64,000 nt of DNA, taken from Chiloscyllium plagiosum. Taxonomy: Eukaryota. The translations under genes were made by a program, and so were the position numbers. Under the pieces are notes generated by a model. That model did not search any database. It worked only from the letters and a program-made list of their open reading frames with translations, and was not told the origin of the DNA. Shown in pieces: positions 37,769 through 49,056 of this stretch; the first letter of the stretch is position 1, and the number at the start of each line of letters is the position of its first letter. The stretch is taken from positions 13,319,904 to 13,383,903 of the forward strand of contig NC_057719.1 of assembly GCF_004010195.1 (NCBI RefSeq), read 5' to 3'.

Positions 37769-38527
37769 GAGTGATTGGAATGGCAGTACAGTGGTGTGTC
37801 TAACTGCCAGACTGGGAAGAATGGGCAGGGTAAGGGGAGGGAGGGGGTAGGGGGAGGGGTATTGTGACAGAGAATGTAACAAGTAAAGCTAAAAGAAAGG
37901 GAAGGAATGGGAGTTGGTTCATAATTTTAACATGTTGAGCTCAATGTTAAGTCCAGAAGGCTGCAAAGTGCCTGGTCTGAAGATGAGATGTTGTCCCTCC
38001 AGTTTGTGCTGTGAGTCACCGGAACACCGCAGCATGCCGAGGACAGACACGCGGGCAAATGAGCAGGACGCTGTGTTATAAAGACCGGCTATGGGAAGGT
38101 CGGGGTCCTGCTTTCGCACAGACCAGAGGCGTTCTGCAAAGCAGTCACCCCAGTCTGTGTTTGGTTGGTGAAACAGAGTAGACCCTTCGGTGCAGTGAAT
38201 ACAATATACAAGATTAGTCTGCCTTTATTCTACACCAGAGTAGGTTTCTTGCTTCATTGTAGAATGTAAAATTTAGGAATTAAGGAGATTGAAACTTTTC
38301 ACTCGTGTAAATGAGGTAGTACTGACTTTAATATAAGGGGAAAAAAACGATAAGAGAGAAAATACTGGAATTAAAGATGAAACCGTGGTCAGGTGTAAAT
38401 TGCAGTGATAAATATCCCAAGCTCTCCATTTCAAGTTCTCTGGCTGTGGATTCAGCAGTGGCAAATCTTTAAAAGGGAGGCAGAGGCAATGTGGGCAACT
38501 GTTGACCGGTCACTGTGAACTTCATTT

Positions 38528-38753
38528 GTGGAGTTTAATTCAGATAAATATGAGGTGCTGCATTTTGGGAAAGCAAATCTTAGCAGGACTTATACACTTA
38601 ATGGTAAGGTCCTAGGGAGTATTGCTGAACAAAGAGACCTGGGAGTGCAGGTTCATAGCTCCTTGAAAGTGGAGTCGCAGGTAGATAGGATAGTGAAGAA
38701 GGTGTTTGGTATGCTTTCCTTCATTGGTCAGAGTATTGAGTACAGGATTTGGG
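38528..38753 (+). mobile_element. CR1 fragment running into assembly gap 38754-39614
   Basis: EFNSDKYEVLHFGKAN... Confidence 0.9.
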
Positions 38754-39614
38754 NNNNNNNNNNNNNNNNNNNNNNNNNNNNNNNNNNNNNNNNNNNNNNN
38801 NNNNNNNNNNNNNNNNNNNNNNNNNNNNNNNNNNNNNNNNNNNNNNNNNNNNNNNNNNNNNNNNNNNNNNNNNNNNNNNNNNNNNNNNNNNNNNNNNNNN
38901 NNNNNNNNNNNNNNNNNNNNNNNNNNNNNNNNNNNNNNNNNNNNNNNNNNNNNNNNNNNNNNNNNNNNNNNNNNNNNNNNNNNNNNNNNNNNNNNNNNNN
39001 NNNNNNNNNNNNNNNNNNNNNNNNNNNNNNNNNNNNNNNNNNNNNNNNNNNNNNNNNNNNNNNNNNNNNNNNNNNNNNNNNNNNNNNNNNNNNNNNNNNN
39101 NNNNNNNNNNNNNNNNNNNNNNNNNNNNNNNNNNNNNNNNNNNNNNNNNNNNNNNNNNNNNNNNNNNNNNNNNNNNNNNNNNNNNNNNNNNNNNNNNNNN
39201 NNNNNNNNNNNNNNNNNNNNNNNNNNNNNNNNNNNNNNNNNNNNNNNNNNNNNNNNNNNNNNNNNNNNNNNNNNNNNNNNNNNNNNNNNNNNNNNNNNNN
39301 NNNNNNNNNNNNNNNNNNNNNNNNNNNNNNNNNNNNNNNNNNNNNNNNNNNNNNNNNNNNNNNNNNNNNNNNNNNNNNNNNNNNNNNNNNNNNNNNNNNN
39401 NNNNNNNNNNNNNNNNNNNNNNNNNNNNNNNNNNNNNNNNNNNNNNNNNNNNNNNNNNNNNNNNNNNNNNNNNNNNNNNNNNNNNNNNNNNNNNNNNNNN
39501 NNNNNNNNNNNNNNNNNNNNNNNNNNNNNNNNNNNNNNNNNNNNNNNNNNNNNNNNNNNNNNNNNNNNNNNNNNNNNNNNNNNNNNNNNNNNNNNNNNNN
39601 NNNNNNNNNNNNNN

Positions 39615-39710
39615 ACACAGACACAGACACACACACACAGACACACACAGACAGACACTGAGACACAGACACACAGACACAGACACACACACACAGATAC
39701 AGACACACAG
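39615..39710. repeat. (CA)/(CAGACA) microsatellite
   Basis: Direct reading. Confidence 0.95.
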
Positions 39711-40002
39711 AGCACCCAGAGTAAACCCAAGCAGACACGGGGAGAATGTGCAAACTCCACTCTGGAAGATCAACCTCCCCAGATCCATTCTCATGTCCTT
39801 TATTTACCCTTGACTAATGCACCTAACACTATGGGGTAATTTAGCATAGCCAATTCACCTGACCTGCACATCTTTGGATTGTGGGAGGAAACCGGAGCAC
39901 CCAGAGGAAACCCACGCAGACAGTCGCCCGAGGTTGGAATTGAACACGGGCTTTTGGCGCTATGAGGCAGCAGTGCTAACCACTGAGGCACCGTGCCACC
40001 CT
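39710..40002 (-). mobile_element. HE1-type SINE pieces
   Basis: gaggcagcagtgctaaccac reverse head. Confidence 0.85.
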
Positions 40003-40199
40003 GGCACAGATACAAAGTTGGTTCCTGCAGGAAAGCTGACCTGTCTGAATTTGTGACTCTTGCCCAATTAAGAACTCCAGCCACCCATCTCAAAGCTCCA
40101 GACAGGCCCAGAAAATTTTACACATCACCACAATCGCTGACAAAAGCATCTCCAATTACTTCTTTGAGGTTTCACTGACTCCTTTCAACTCCATTTCCT

Positions 40200-40545
40200 G
40201 CACGGTGGCTCAGTGGTTAGCACTCCTGCCTCACAGCACTAAGGACATGGGGTTCAATTCCCGCCTCAGGTGACTGTCTGTGTGGAGTTTACCACACATC
40301 TTGCCCGTGTCAGTGTGCGTTTCCTCCAGGTGCTCCAGTTTCCTCTGACACACCAAATATGTGTCGGTTAGATGGATTGGCCAAGCTAAATTGCCCTGTA
40401 GTGACCAGAGATGTGCAGGTTCAGTTGATTAGTCATAGGAAATGTGGGGTTATGGGGATAGGGTAGGGTCAGAAGGTCTTCAGAAGGCTGGTGTACAATA
40501 GATGGGCAGAATGGCTTCTTTCCACATTGTAGGGATTCTATGATC
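40200..40545 (+). mobile_element. HE1-type SINE
   Basis: cacggtggctcagtggttagcac head; gattctatga tail. Confidence 0.85.
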
Positions 40546-40619
40546 ATTTGTCTCCGGAAAATCCTCTCCTCCACAACTGTGCTGTCATACTCCCAACTAC
40601 TGAGTTTCAAACCTTCCAT

Positions 40620-41240
40620 TTACCACAGTATCAACATTCTGGGGGTTACCATTGACCAGAACTTGAACTGGACCTAACACAGTGGCTATAAGAGCAGATC
40701 AGAGGTTAGGAGTACTGCAGTGAGTAACTCACCTTTTGACTCCCCACATCATGTTCACCATCTACAAGGCACAAGTCAGGAGTGTGATGGAATACTCCCC
40801 ACTTGCCTGGATGAATACAGCTCCAACAACACTCAAGAAGCTCGACACCATCCAGGAAAAAGCAGCCCGCTTGATTGGCACCACATCTGCAAACTTTTTT
40901 GTTCCCTCCATCCCCAGTGCTCAGTTGCAGCAGAGTGTACTATCTATAAGATGAATTGCAGAAATTCACAAAGCGTTCTTAGACAACGCCTTCCAAACCC
41001 ATGATGGCTTCCATCCAGAAGGACAAGGGCAGCAGATACATGGGAACACCACCACCTTCAAGTGCCCTTCCAACCCACTCACCGTCCTGATGCAGAAATA
41101 TTCTTGCAGTGTTCCTAGATCAAAATCTTGGAAGTTACTCCCTAAGGGAGATTGTGACCCAATAGATTGCAGTGGTTCAAGAACACAACTCACTGCCAAT
41201 TTTCAAAGGCAACTAGGGATAGGTTTGAAATGCTGGCCCA
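40620..41240 (+). mobile_element. CR1/L2-clade LINE (second family) 3' fragment
   Basis: TIYKAQVRSVMEYSPLAW...LDTIQEKAARLIG. Confidence 0.85.
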
Positions 41241-41817
41241 GTAATAAAATATTATTGGGAAGAACAGCTGTTGTTGCCCATTCCTATTAATCCTGGAGAA
41301 GATACAATAATTTGCTCAACTATGTGCTCAAGCCCCAGCCTCATCCATTTTTGCTGTGGACTTTAGAAAAACCGTCACTTTTCTTGCCAGCTCATTCCAC
41401 ACCAGGACTCATCATTAGTTCTGCACGTCAAAGGAGAGACAGATTTGAACATATTACATTTGGTGCCCAACAGATTTAGTTGTTATTCATTCAATGTGCT
41501 TGGCCTTCATCTAGTGCTTTTGGGCTTCATTCACACTCTGCCTGTACTGCCTACTTCAACAGGACTATCCAGTTTACTTTAGCTCCTTTTCTCTGCTGCT
41601 AACCCACTCCTTGGTGGGTAATCTCCCACCTCCTCCACCTTGTATTTTCAAGGTAAAAGAATGTCATGGGCATCTTTGTTATTAAGAGAAAGAAAATCAA
41701 TTCAGCTGCCTCTTGGCTTCTGTTCTTCGCTTTGACAACATCCAGTCAAAACTTTACATGCTCTGGACCTGCACCTGTTTCTCCAGATTCTCTACCATTT
41801 AATACCAAATTCATCTT

Positions 41818-42818
41818 GACCACCTAGTAATCTCCCAGTCTGGCATGGCAGTCTCCTGGCCTGGCCTGGTGATCTCCCAGTCTGGCATGACCGTCTCCTG
41901 GCCTGGCCTGGTGGTCTCCCAGTCTGGCGTGACCGTCTCCTGGCCTGGCCTGGTAATCTCCCAGTCTGGTGTGACCGTCTCCTGGCCTGGCCTGGTGGTC
42001 TCCCAGTCTGGCATGACCATCTCCTGGCCTGGCCTGGTGGTCTCCCAGTCTGGCGTGACCGTCTCCTGGCCTGGCCTGGTAATCTCACAGTCTGGTGTGA
42101 CCGTCTCCTGGCCTGGCCTGGTCATCTCCCAGTCTGGTGTGGCCGTCTCCTGGCCTGGCCTGGTGGTCTCCCAGTCTGGTGTGACCGTCTCCTGGCCTGG
42201 CCTGGCCTGGTGGTCTCCCAGTCTGGTGTGGCAGTTTCCTGGCCTGGCCTTGTGGTCTCCCAGTCTGGTGTGACCATCTCCTGGCCTGGCCTGGTGGTCT
42301 CTCAGTCTGATGTGGCCGTCTCCTGACCTGGCCTGGTGGTCTCCCAGTCTGGTGTGGCAGTCTCCTGACCTGGCCTGGTGGTGGCCTGGCCTGGCGAGGC
42401 AGTCTCCTGACCTGTGATGGTGGCTTTCAGCAGTATGTTGCAGTCTCTCAGCCCAGCGCGGTGTTTCTTCAACGGCCCATGATGGTCTTTCGGCCCAGTG
42501 AGGCCTCAGTGTGGACCTCCGGCCTCGAAGTAATTCCAGAGTGGTCTCCCAGCCTTGAGAGCCTCAGGGTGAAGTTTGGTAGTCTGCAGTCAAGGCCTAT
42601 TGCAGTCTGGGGGCTTAGTGCCATGTGGAAAGGGTTGGAAGAATTGTTATTCTGAACTTTTCATTTCTTGATTTTCGAATTTTTTTCCCAAATAACTTGT
42701 ACTGAAGTATCTATACCTTGGTACCTTGTACCTGAGATGAGCCATAAGTGGCGACTTGTGAACTTTTCACTGTACTCATGTGAGTACATGTGACAATAAA
42801 GCAAATTCAATTCAATTT
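41818..42818 (+). mobile_element. Composite non-autonomous retroposon: 42-bp VNTR, unique body, AATAAA/(AATTC)n tail
   Basis: 10-bp TSD aattcatctt at 41808-41817 and 42819-42828; tail gtacatgtgacaataaagcaaattcaattcaa. Confidence 0.65.
41828..42412. repeat. 42-bp GC-rich VNTR, ~13-14 copies
   Basis: Unit ctcccagtctggcgtgaccgtctcctggcctggcctggtggt. Confidence 0.95.
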
Positions 42819-43082
42819 AATTCATCTTATCTCTAAGACTCCTCTGCCATTAACCTATTAAACCATTGTCTCTTCTATTCTGTCCCCAATGCTGCCTGAC
42901 TGTAAAATGTTGCTTTGCCCCCTTCTGTGGGCTAGTCTAGAATGAGAGGTCAGGGTAAGAGATCAGGATAGTTTCAGGATAAGGGGTGACAGATTTAAAA
43001 CAGAAGTGAGAAGATTGTGAGAAGATTTGTAGCTCGGGTGCTCGTTGCTGTGGTTCTGTTCGCCGAGCTGGAAGTTTTTGTT

Positions 43083-43122
43083 GCAAACGTTTCGTCCCCT
43101 GTCTAGGTGACATCCTCAGTGC
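43083..43122 (-). ncRNA. Identical hammerhead motif in the inverted arm (host sense strand)
   Basis: Exact reverse complement of 43362-43401. Confidence 0.8.
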
Positions 43123-43361
43123 TTGGGAGCCTCCTGTGAAGCGCTTCTGTGGTGTTATAGGGCAGGCGAAACAAAGAACAGCCAGGGAATTCCTAGAAGC
43201 TTGGCACTCATCCACAAACTCCATCAACAAACACATAGACCTGGACCCAATATACCGGCCACTACAGCGGACAGCTGAAACTGACAAGCGGAAGCGGCAG
43301 GGACAGGCTACTATAAATGCCGGAGGAAACACCACAGAAGCGCTTCACAGGAGGCTCCCAA

Positions 43362-43401
43362 GCACTGAGGATGTCACCTAGACAGGGGACGAAACGTTTG
43401 C
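43362..43401 (+). ncRNA. Minimal type I hammerhead ribozyme motif (PLE pLTR)
   Basis: GCA-CTGAGGA-t-GTCACCT-agac-AGGGGAC-GAAA-CG-TT-TGC. Confidence 0.8.
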
Positions 43402-44559
43402 AACAAAAACTTCCAGCCAGGCGAACAGAACCACAGCAGAAGTGAGAAGAAATTATTTCTCTCAAATTCTCTCAATCAGTGCATTTCACAATCCCAGAGT
43501 GCAGTGAATGCTGGGTAAATTTAAGGGGGAGGTAGACAGAGCTTTAATGAGCCAAGGGTTGAAGTGTTATGGACAATGGGTAGGAAAGTGGAGTTGAGGC
43601 TGAGATGATGATTGCATTAAATGGCAGATCAGGTTCAAGGGGTTGAACTGCCTCATTCTGCCCCTCTTTCAGTTGTTGTTAGCATTACTCTCCACAGTTT
43701 CATACATCTTCAAAAATTAACAAACCCATGTAAGCTTGTTAAATTCTGGCAAATTCTTCTCCAATCTCCTCAAAGTCCTTGAACCTTTTAAGTTTTAATT
43801 TCATGTTCTTTTTCTCAAGTGAATCTCTAGGCCTAACCTCACAAAGGGCACTCTCCATCCTTCTGAACCTCTCCGCAATCTTTGGTGCAGTGAACCACAT
43901 CGAATCCAGAAACGAAACTAGCTTTCTGATCAATTTGCCACCAAGGCGTGTTTACTTGGAGGCATGAGTGAAGTGTTAGTGTATGTGCACATCATGACCT
44001 TTCCATTCACATTGTGAATGACTGGAGGAGCTGTGGTTTAAAGAAAGGAATCCCTTGTCATACGATAGAGCTCACAAGATCTCCAAGGAAGTGAAAATCT
44101 TTAACCTTTTGCGAAATATATTGGATTGATTGACTCTGAAAAAAAAACAAGCCTTCCCTTCATTTTCTGCAGGTGTGACATTTGCCTTCAAGTTAAGCGC
44201 ACCCCTTTATCACCAGAACAAGCCTGTCTTTTTTGCAGGAGGGTTTAATAAAGTTGGACTGGATGACCGAAGCTACGGTAGGCTGAAGCTGACAAAATGC
44301 ATCAAAGTTATTGCATTTTACTTCAAGCAGAAATAAACAAAAAGGAATGAAACCAGCATCCGGCTGTCTGGAAGTTGAGGAACTACTACGGACGAAAACT
44401 TCAGTCTCTGAAACACAGAGCTGAAGAACCTTCAACCATAAACCGATCAGAAAGATCAGATGTACCATGGCCTGGTGACAGGGAAATCCTACTGGGGTAA
44501 ACAACTTGATCATGGGGTTGCGACTGGAATTCCTCGGCCCCTTTTCTGCATTCATATTT

Positions 44560-44878
44560 TTTAGATTAGATTCCCTACAGTGTGGAAACAGGCCCTTCAG
44601 CCCAACACGTCCACACCAACCCCCTGAAGAGCAACCCACCCAGACCCATTTCCCTCTGACTGATGCACCCAACACTTATGGGCAATTTTCCATGGCCAAT
44701 TCACCTGACCTGCACATCTTTGGACTGTGGGAGGAAACCAGAGCATCCGGAGGAAACACGAGCAGACACGGGGAGAATGTGCAAACTCCACACAGACAGT
44801 CACCCAAGGTGGGAATTGAACCTGGGACCCTGGTGCTGTGAGGCAGCAGTGCTAACCACTGAGTCATCATGCCACCCT
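44560..44878 (-). mobile_element. HE1-type SINE
   Basis: Full head-to-tail match; (TTAGA)n at the tail. Confidence 0.9.
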
Positions 44879-44909
44879 ATGTCTCTGGAAAGTCTACAAC
44901 ATTCATTCC

Positions 44910-45041
44910 TGTTGAGAGTGTGGTGCTGGAAAAGCACAGCCAGTCATGCAGCATCCAAGGAGCGGGAGAATCAGTCTCCTGCTCCTTGGATGCTGTCTAA
45001 CTGGCTGTGCTTTTCCAATGTCTGCAGTCCTCACTTTCTCC
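44910..45041. mobile_element. Short fold-back family C element
   Basis: gaaaagcacagccagt...gcagcatccaaggagc / gctccttggatgctg...ctggctgtgcttttcc. Confidence 0.75.
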
Positions 45042-45805
45042 AACATTCACTCCTGTGCTGACTAGTTAAAAGTCAATACTCCAGTTCAGTTATGCGTTAT
45101 CAACTTTTTTTGTGCTTTCCAGGGATTCGAACATTTCTTTTGAGAAGCTCTAAACATGACTATTTGCTGCAGGCAAACTCTGACTGTTCCAGCAGATTTC
45201 ATGACCTGTTGACATCACATGGGTAGATATGACCATTTTTCCATTGACTAGTTTATTGAGTGAATTTCTGAGCTTGTGGGAAAATGCTGATAAATAGCTT
45301 TGACCTTTGGTGAACAAGAAGAAGATTAAAAAAAATTCTGACTGTCACACTGGGTAATCTAGTGAACTAGTCACTGGAACGTGAAAATTAACACAACTTT
45401 CAATAGACAAAGGCATGAGGGATGATAGAAATTTCACATCTATACTACATCTTGTTCTGTCTTTGAAAGCATCTCGAAACATGTCACGTCTAACAAATTG
45501 TGTCGAAGTGGCCTTGTCATTGTAGCCAAACACATTTGCACACAGCATGAACTTGTGTAATTGGCTCCGGGAAAACAGGAGGGTATTGGCACTGGGCCAG
45601 CCAGCAGTGAGGTAGCTGAGTTGGAGAAAATTGTAGAGGCACAATCTGTTCTTTTTGTGCTAAGGTAATCATAATCCTTTGCCTGGATCTGTACTCCAGC
45701 CATGGTATACTCTATACACTAATGTCAACAAATGCAGTTCACTTATGAGCAATGAAGGTAGCTCAGTGGTTAGCACTGCTGCTTCACAGTGCTAGGGACC
45801 TTTTC

Positions 45806-46101
45806 TTTAGATTCTCTACAGTATGGAAACAGGCCTTTCAGCCCAACAAGTCCACACCGACCCTCTGAAGGGTAACCTACCCAGACCCATTCCTTTATTT
45901 ACCTCTGACTAATGCACCTCACACTTATGGGCAATTTAGCGTGGCCAATTAATCTGACCTGCACATCTTTGGATTGTGGGAGGAAACCGGAGCACCTGGA
46001 GGAAACCCACGCAGACACGGGGAGAATGTGCAAACTCCACACAGACAGTCACCCGAGGTTGGAATCGAACCGGGGTCCCTGGCGCTGTGAGGCAGCAGTG
46101 C
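45806..46101 (-). mobile_element. HE1-type SINE (preceded by a plus-strand head at ~45760-45800)
   Basis: Family match. Confidence 0.85.
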
Positions 46102-46397
46102 CGACATAAGGCTGACTTTGCGAATGCTTCAACAGTTGATGAACTGGACTAGGTGGCAAGGTGGAAGATATAATAAATATAGTTTTTCTGATAAAAAGGC
46201 TCCATTTTAGAAACTTGGTTCAAAGTTGAATAGACAATAGCATTATTTTCATTCATCCATGGGGTGAGGGCGTTACTGGCTAGGCCAGCATTTATTACCC
46301 ATCCCTAATTGCCCAGGGGCAGATAAGTGTCAACTGGGTTTCTGTGGGTCTGGAGTCACGAGTGGGCCACACCGGGTAAAGACGGCAGTTTCCTTCT

Positions 46398-46526
46398 TGT
46401 AATGATTAGAATGAGGGCCAGGTAGATCTTATTGACTATGGGATCCCTGATTGGTTCACGTTAACAATCCCATTCAGGAATCTCATGGTCAATAAGATCC
46501 ACCTGGTCTTCATTCCATTCACTGCA
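46398..46526. mobile_element. TG..CA fold-back element made of two LTR-like left ends, inside a second-family SINE
   Basis: Perfect 5-bp TSD cttct at 46393-46397 and 46527-46531; arms ccaggtagatcttattgact / ggtcaataagatccacctgg. Confidence 0.7.
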
Positions 46527-46644
46527 CTTCTCTTAAAGACATGAGTGAACCAGATGAGTCTTTCTGACAATTGACAGTGGTAAGATGATCACCATGAAAC
46601 CAGCTTTTCTCTTCTGCGGATGGGGCAGTGGGAGGGGAGAATGA

Positions 46645-46961
46645 GATTAGATTAGATTTAGATTAGATTACATTACAGTGTGGAAACAGGCCCTTCGGCC
46701 CAACAAGTCCACACCGACCCGCAACCCACCCATACCCCTACATTTACCCCTTACCTAACACTGCAGCAATTTAGCATGGCCAATTCACCTGATCTGCACA
46801 TCTTTGGACTGTGGGAGGAAACCGGAGCACCCGGAGGAAACCCACGCAGACACGGGGAGAACGTGCAAACTCCACACAGTCAGTCGCCTGAGGCGGGAAT
46901 TGAACCCGGGTCTCTGGCGCTGTGAGGCAGCAGTGCTAACCACTGTGCCACCATGCCACCC
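46645..46961 (-). mobile_element. Young HE1-type SINE with (TTAGA)n tail
   Basis: Nearly identical to the 19343 copy. Confidence 0.92.
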
Positions 46962-47459
46962 TCAAACACTGATCGCTGATGAGTGATCAGTGTTTGAGCT
47001 AGAGCTGAAAACCATGGCTTCAGTTGCCTTGATGTCTGATAATTGTGGATCTTATAAAATTTCTGTCCTGACAAACAGTGGATCCACTGATCCATTAAGA
47101 CAGGTATCAGGATTTGCACAGTATATAACCATGAAATCAAATACTTAGCCAATATATTGGTGAGTATTCAATATAAATATAATTGAATGTAGTGCAATAG
47201 CGCTGACTGTATTCCTATTTTATTCCTGAGGTATTTCAGTAACAGTGCCCATAATTGGATAAGCAAAAGCAAGATTGGGAGATAGATGTAACAGGAAATT
47301 TCACTTTATTGCTATATGCTGATCACATCTATCGGTTTTACAATTTGAAAGCTTACCTCTCCATTATAAGGTGAAAAAGACATGTTACACAACTGGGGTT
47401 CAACAGTATTCTCAGAGATAAGCTTTGTACAGGTTAAAGTAGCAAGAAAGTCAATAGTC

Positions 47460-47965
47460 AAGGTCTTTTCCCCTGGGTGGGCAAGTCCAAAACTGGAAGG
47501 CATAGATTTAAGGTGAGAGTGGAAAGATATAAAAAAGACCTGAGGGGCAACTTTTTCACACAAACGGTGGTGTGTGTATGGTATGAGCAGCAAGAGTGCG
47601 TTTAACCACACCATTTAAAAGACATTAGGACAGGTACACGGATAGGAAAGGTTTAGAGATTGTGAATTTCTTGGCCAGTGAGGCAGTTGATGCTATCATT
47701 GAATGTTTTAAAGGCAAAGCTAGATTGAGTTTTGAACAATAAAGGAATTAAGGGTAGGTAAGTGGAGGTGAGTCCATGGAAGGATTTGCCATGATCTGAT
47801 TGAACGGCTCGATGGGCCAGATGGCCTACTCCCACTCCTATTTTTTTATGTTCTTATACGGGCTAAATGCAGACAAATGGGACTAGTTCAGTTAAGAAAA
47901 CATTGTTGTCATAGACTTGTTGAGCTCAAGAATTTGTTTTCATGCTGTATGAGTCTATGACTCAA
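47460..47965. mobile_element. CR1 3' ends (nested)
   Basis: GHRFKVR / GNFFTQ; tatgagtctatgactc tail. Confidence 0.75.
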
Positions 47966-48267
47966 TAATAGGACCAATCAACTTTGTCAAAAGATAATTT
48001 CTTCATTTCTTGCTATTTTTCACCACTGTTTTCCAATAGGTATTCCTATCCCAAACTCCTTAGTCTGTGAACCAGCAGTGAGGTCTGAGCTACTTTGGAA
48101 TGTGTTGGACACTGCCCCAAGGAGACGCTCTGTCTAACTTTGGTGAGCTCTCCAGAGTTTCTTTTAGTTCCTATTGTTGGACTGGGAGATATTCTGCAGA
48201 TCATCCCAATTTATTCATTCAGGGGATGAGGGTATCACTGGCCAGGCAGCATTTATTGCCCATCCCA

Positions 48268-48474
48268 TCACCAAGTTAGCCTTTATTTACACGAGGAAGG
48301 TATTATGGACTCTGACTGGCTAGCTCAGTACCAATCCCTAGAGTGAGGAGACTCTCTGAGACTCCTGTTTATATCTGTCAGCCAGGGCTCCTTGATTAAC
48401 CAAAGTTAACAGCCCCAATCAGGGATCTCATACTCAATGAGAGCCACGTGGCCAACCTCGTTCCAATCATCACA
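48268..48474 (-). mobile_element. Short LTR-like element (partial)
   Basis: Homologous to 60953-61177. Confidence 0.6.
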
Positions 48475-49056
48475 GTTGGCTTGGCCAAATCATTCAAACA
48501 TTTCAGAGTGAGAATGCTCAAAGAGGGCCTGTCCACTCTGAAGCTAGTTGAGGCCCTTAGTTAGTCCCATGGGCCTACTGAGAGCAGGAAGTAGGTGGTT
48601 GGGTCTGGGGCCTGAAAGTGATGCACTTCTACTTGACAAGCACCTGTGCGGGATGAAGAAAGCCGTTGGTGACAATGAACCGATGCTCCTCTGGCCTTCG
48701 CGTGGATCTCACTTCCCTATTATGCTGTCTGACTTCCCAGAATCCATCCCATTCACCTATTTCCTCTTGTTCCAGGTCAAACCCTGGTGTAGGAACCACT
48801 GCGGCTGTGACACTGCCTACCATTCCTGGGGGGGGACCTGCTGGGCAGCCAACCTGGCCAGCACCAGGATTCCTGGGGGGAAGACCCCCTTGAGGAGCAA
48901 GAATGCAATGGCGTGAAGGATAAGTGTCCAAGTGGGGCTTAAACTCTTGAATTTGCCAAAATGGGCAGTGACAGAATTGTTACAGGTTTCCCATCCTGTT
49001 ACAATCATTATATTAGACCCATTCAGTGGACCAGTGACAAGCTTCCTGTTTTCGCT

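Larger units (their letters stand above)
36895..38215 (-). mobile_element. PLE 3' fragment interrupted by a family A arm and a CR1
   Basis: Minus ORF KQDPDLPIA...KLEGQHLIFRPGTLQPSGLNIELN (GIY-YIG-associated C-terminus); family E arm at 36895-37025. Confidence 0.75.
43015..43436 (+). mobile_element. Young Penelope-like insertion with inverted pLTR arm, inside a CR1 tail
   Basis: 14-bp TSD cagaagtgagaaga at 43001-43014 and 43437-43450; peptide AREFLEAWHSSTNSINKHIDLDPIYRPL; ~110-bp near-perfect inverted repeat. Confidence 0.9.

Noticed and set aside
38528..39839. 340-380 aa ORFs
   Set aside because: N gap plus CR1 fragment and microsatellite
41792..42273. Repetitive ORFs, or CRISPR-like appearance of the 42-bp array
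   Set aside because: Pure tandem VNTR with no unique spacers; eukaryotic context
48548..48931. GC-rich overlapping ORFs with an acceptor-like site at ~48775
   Set aside because: No recognisable protein and no clear donor; likely decayed repeat or chance
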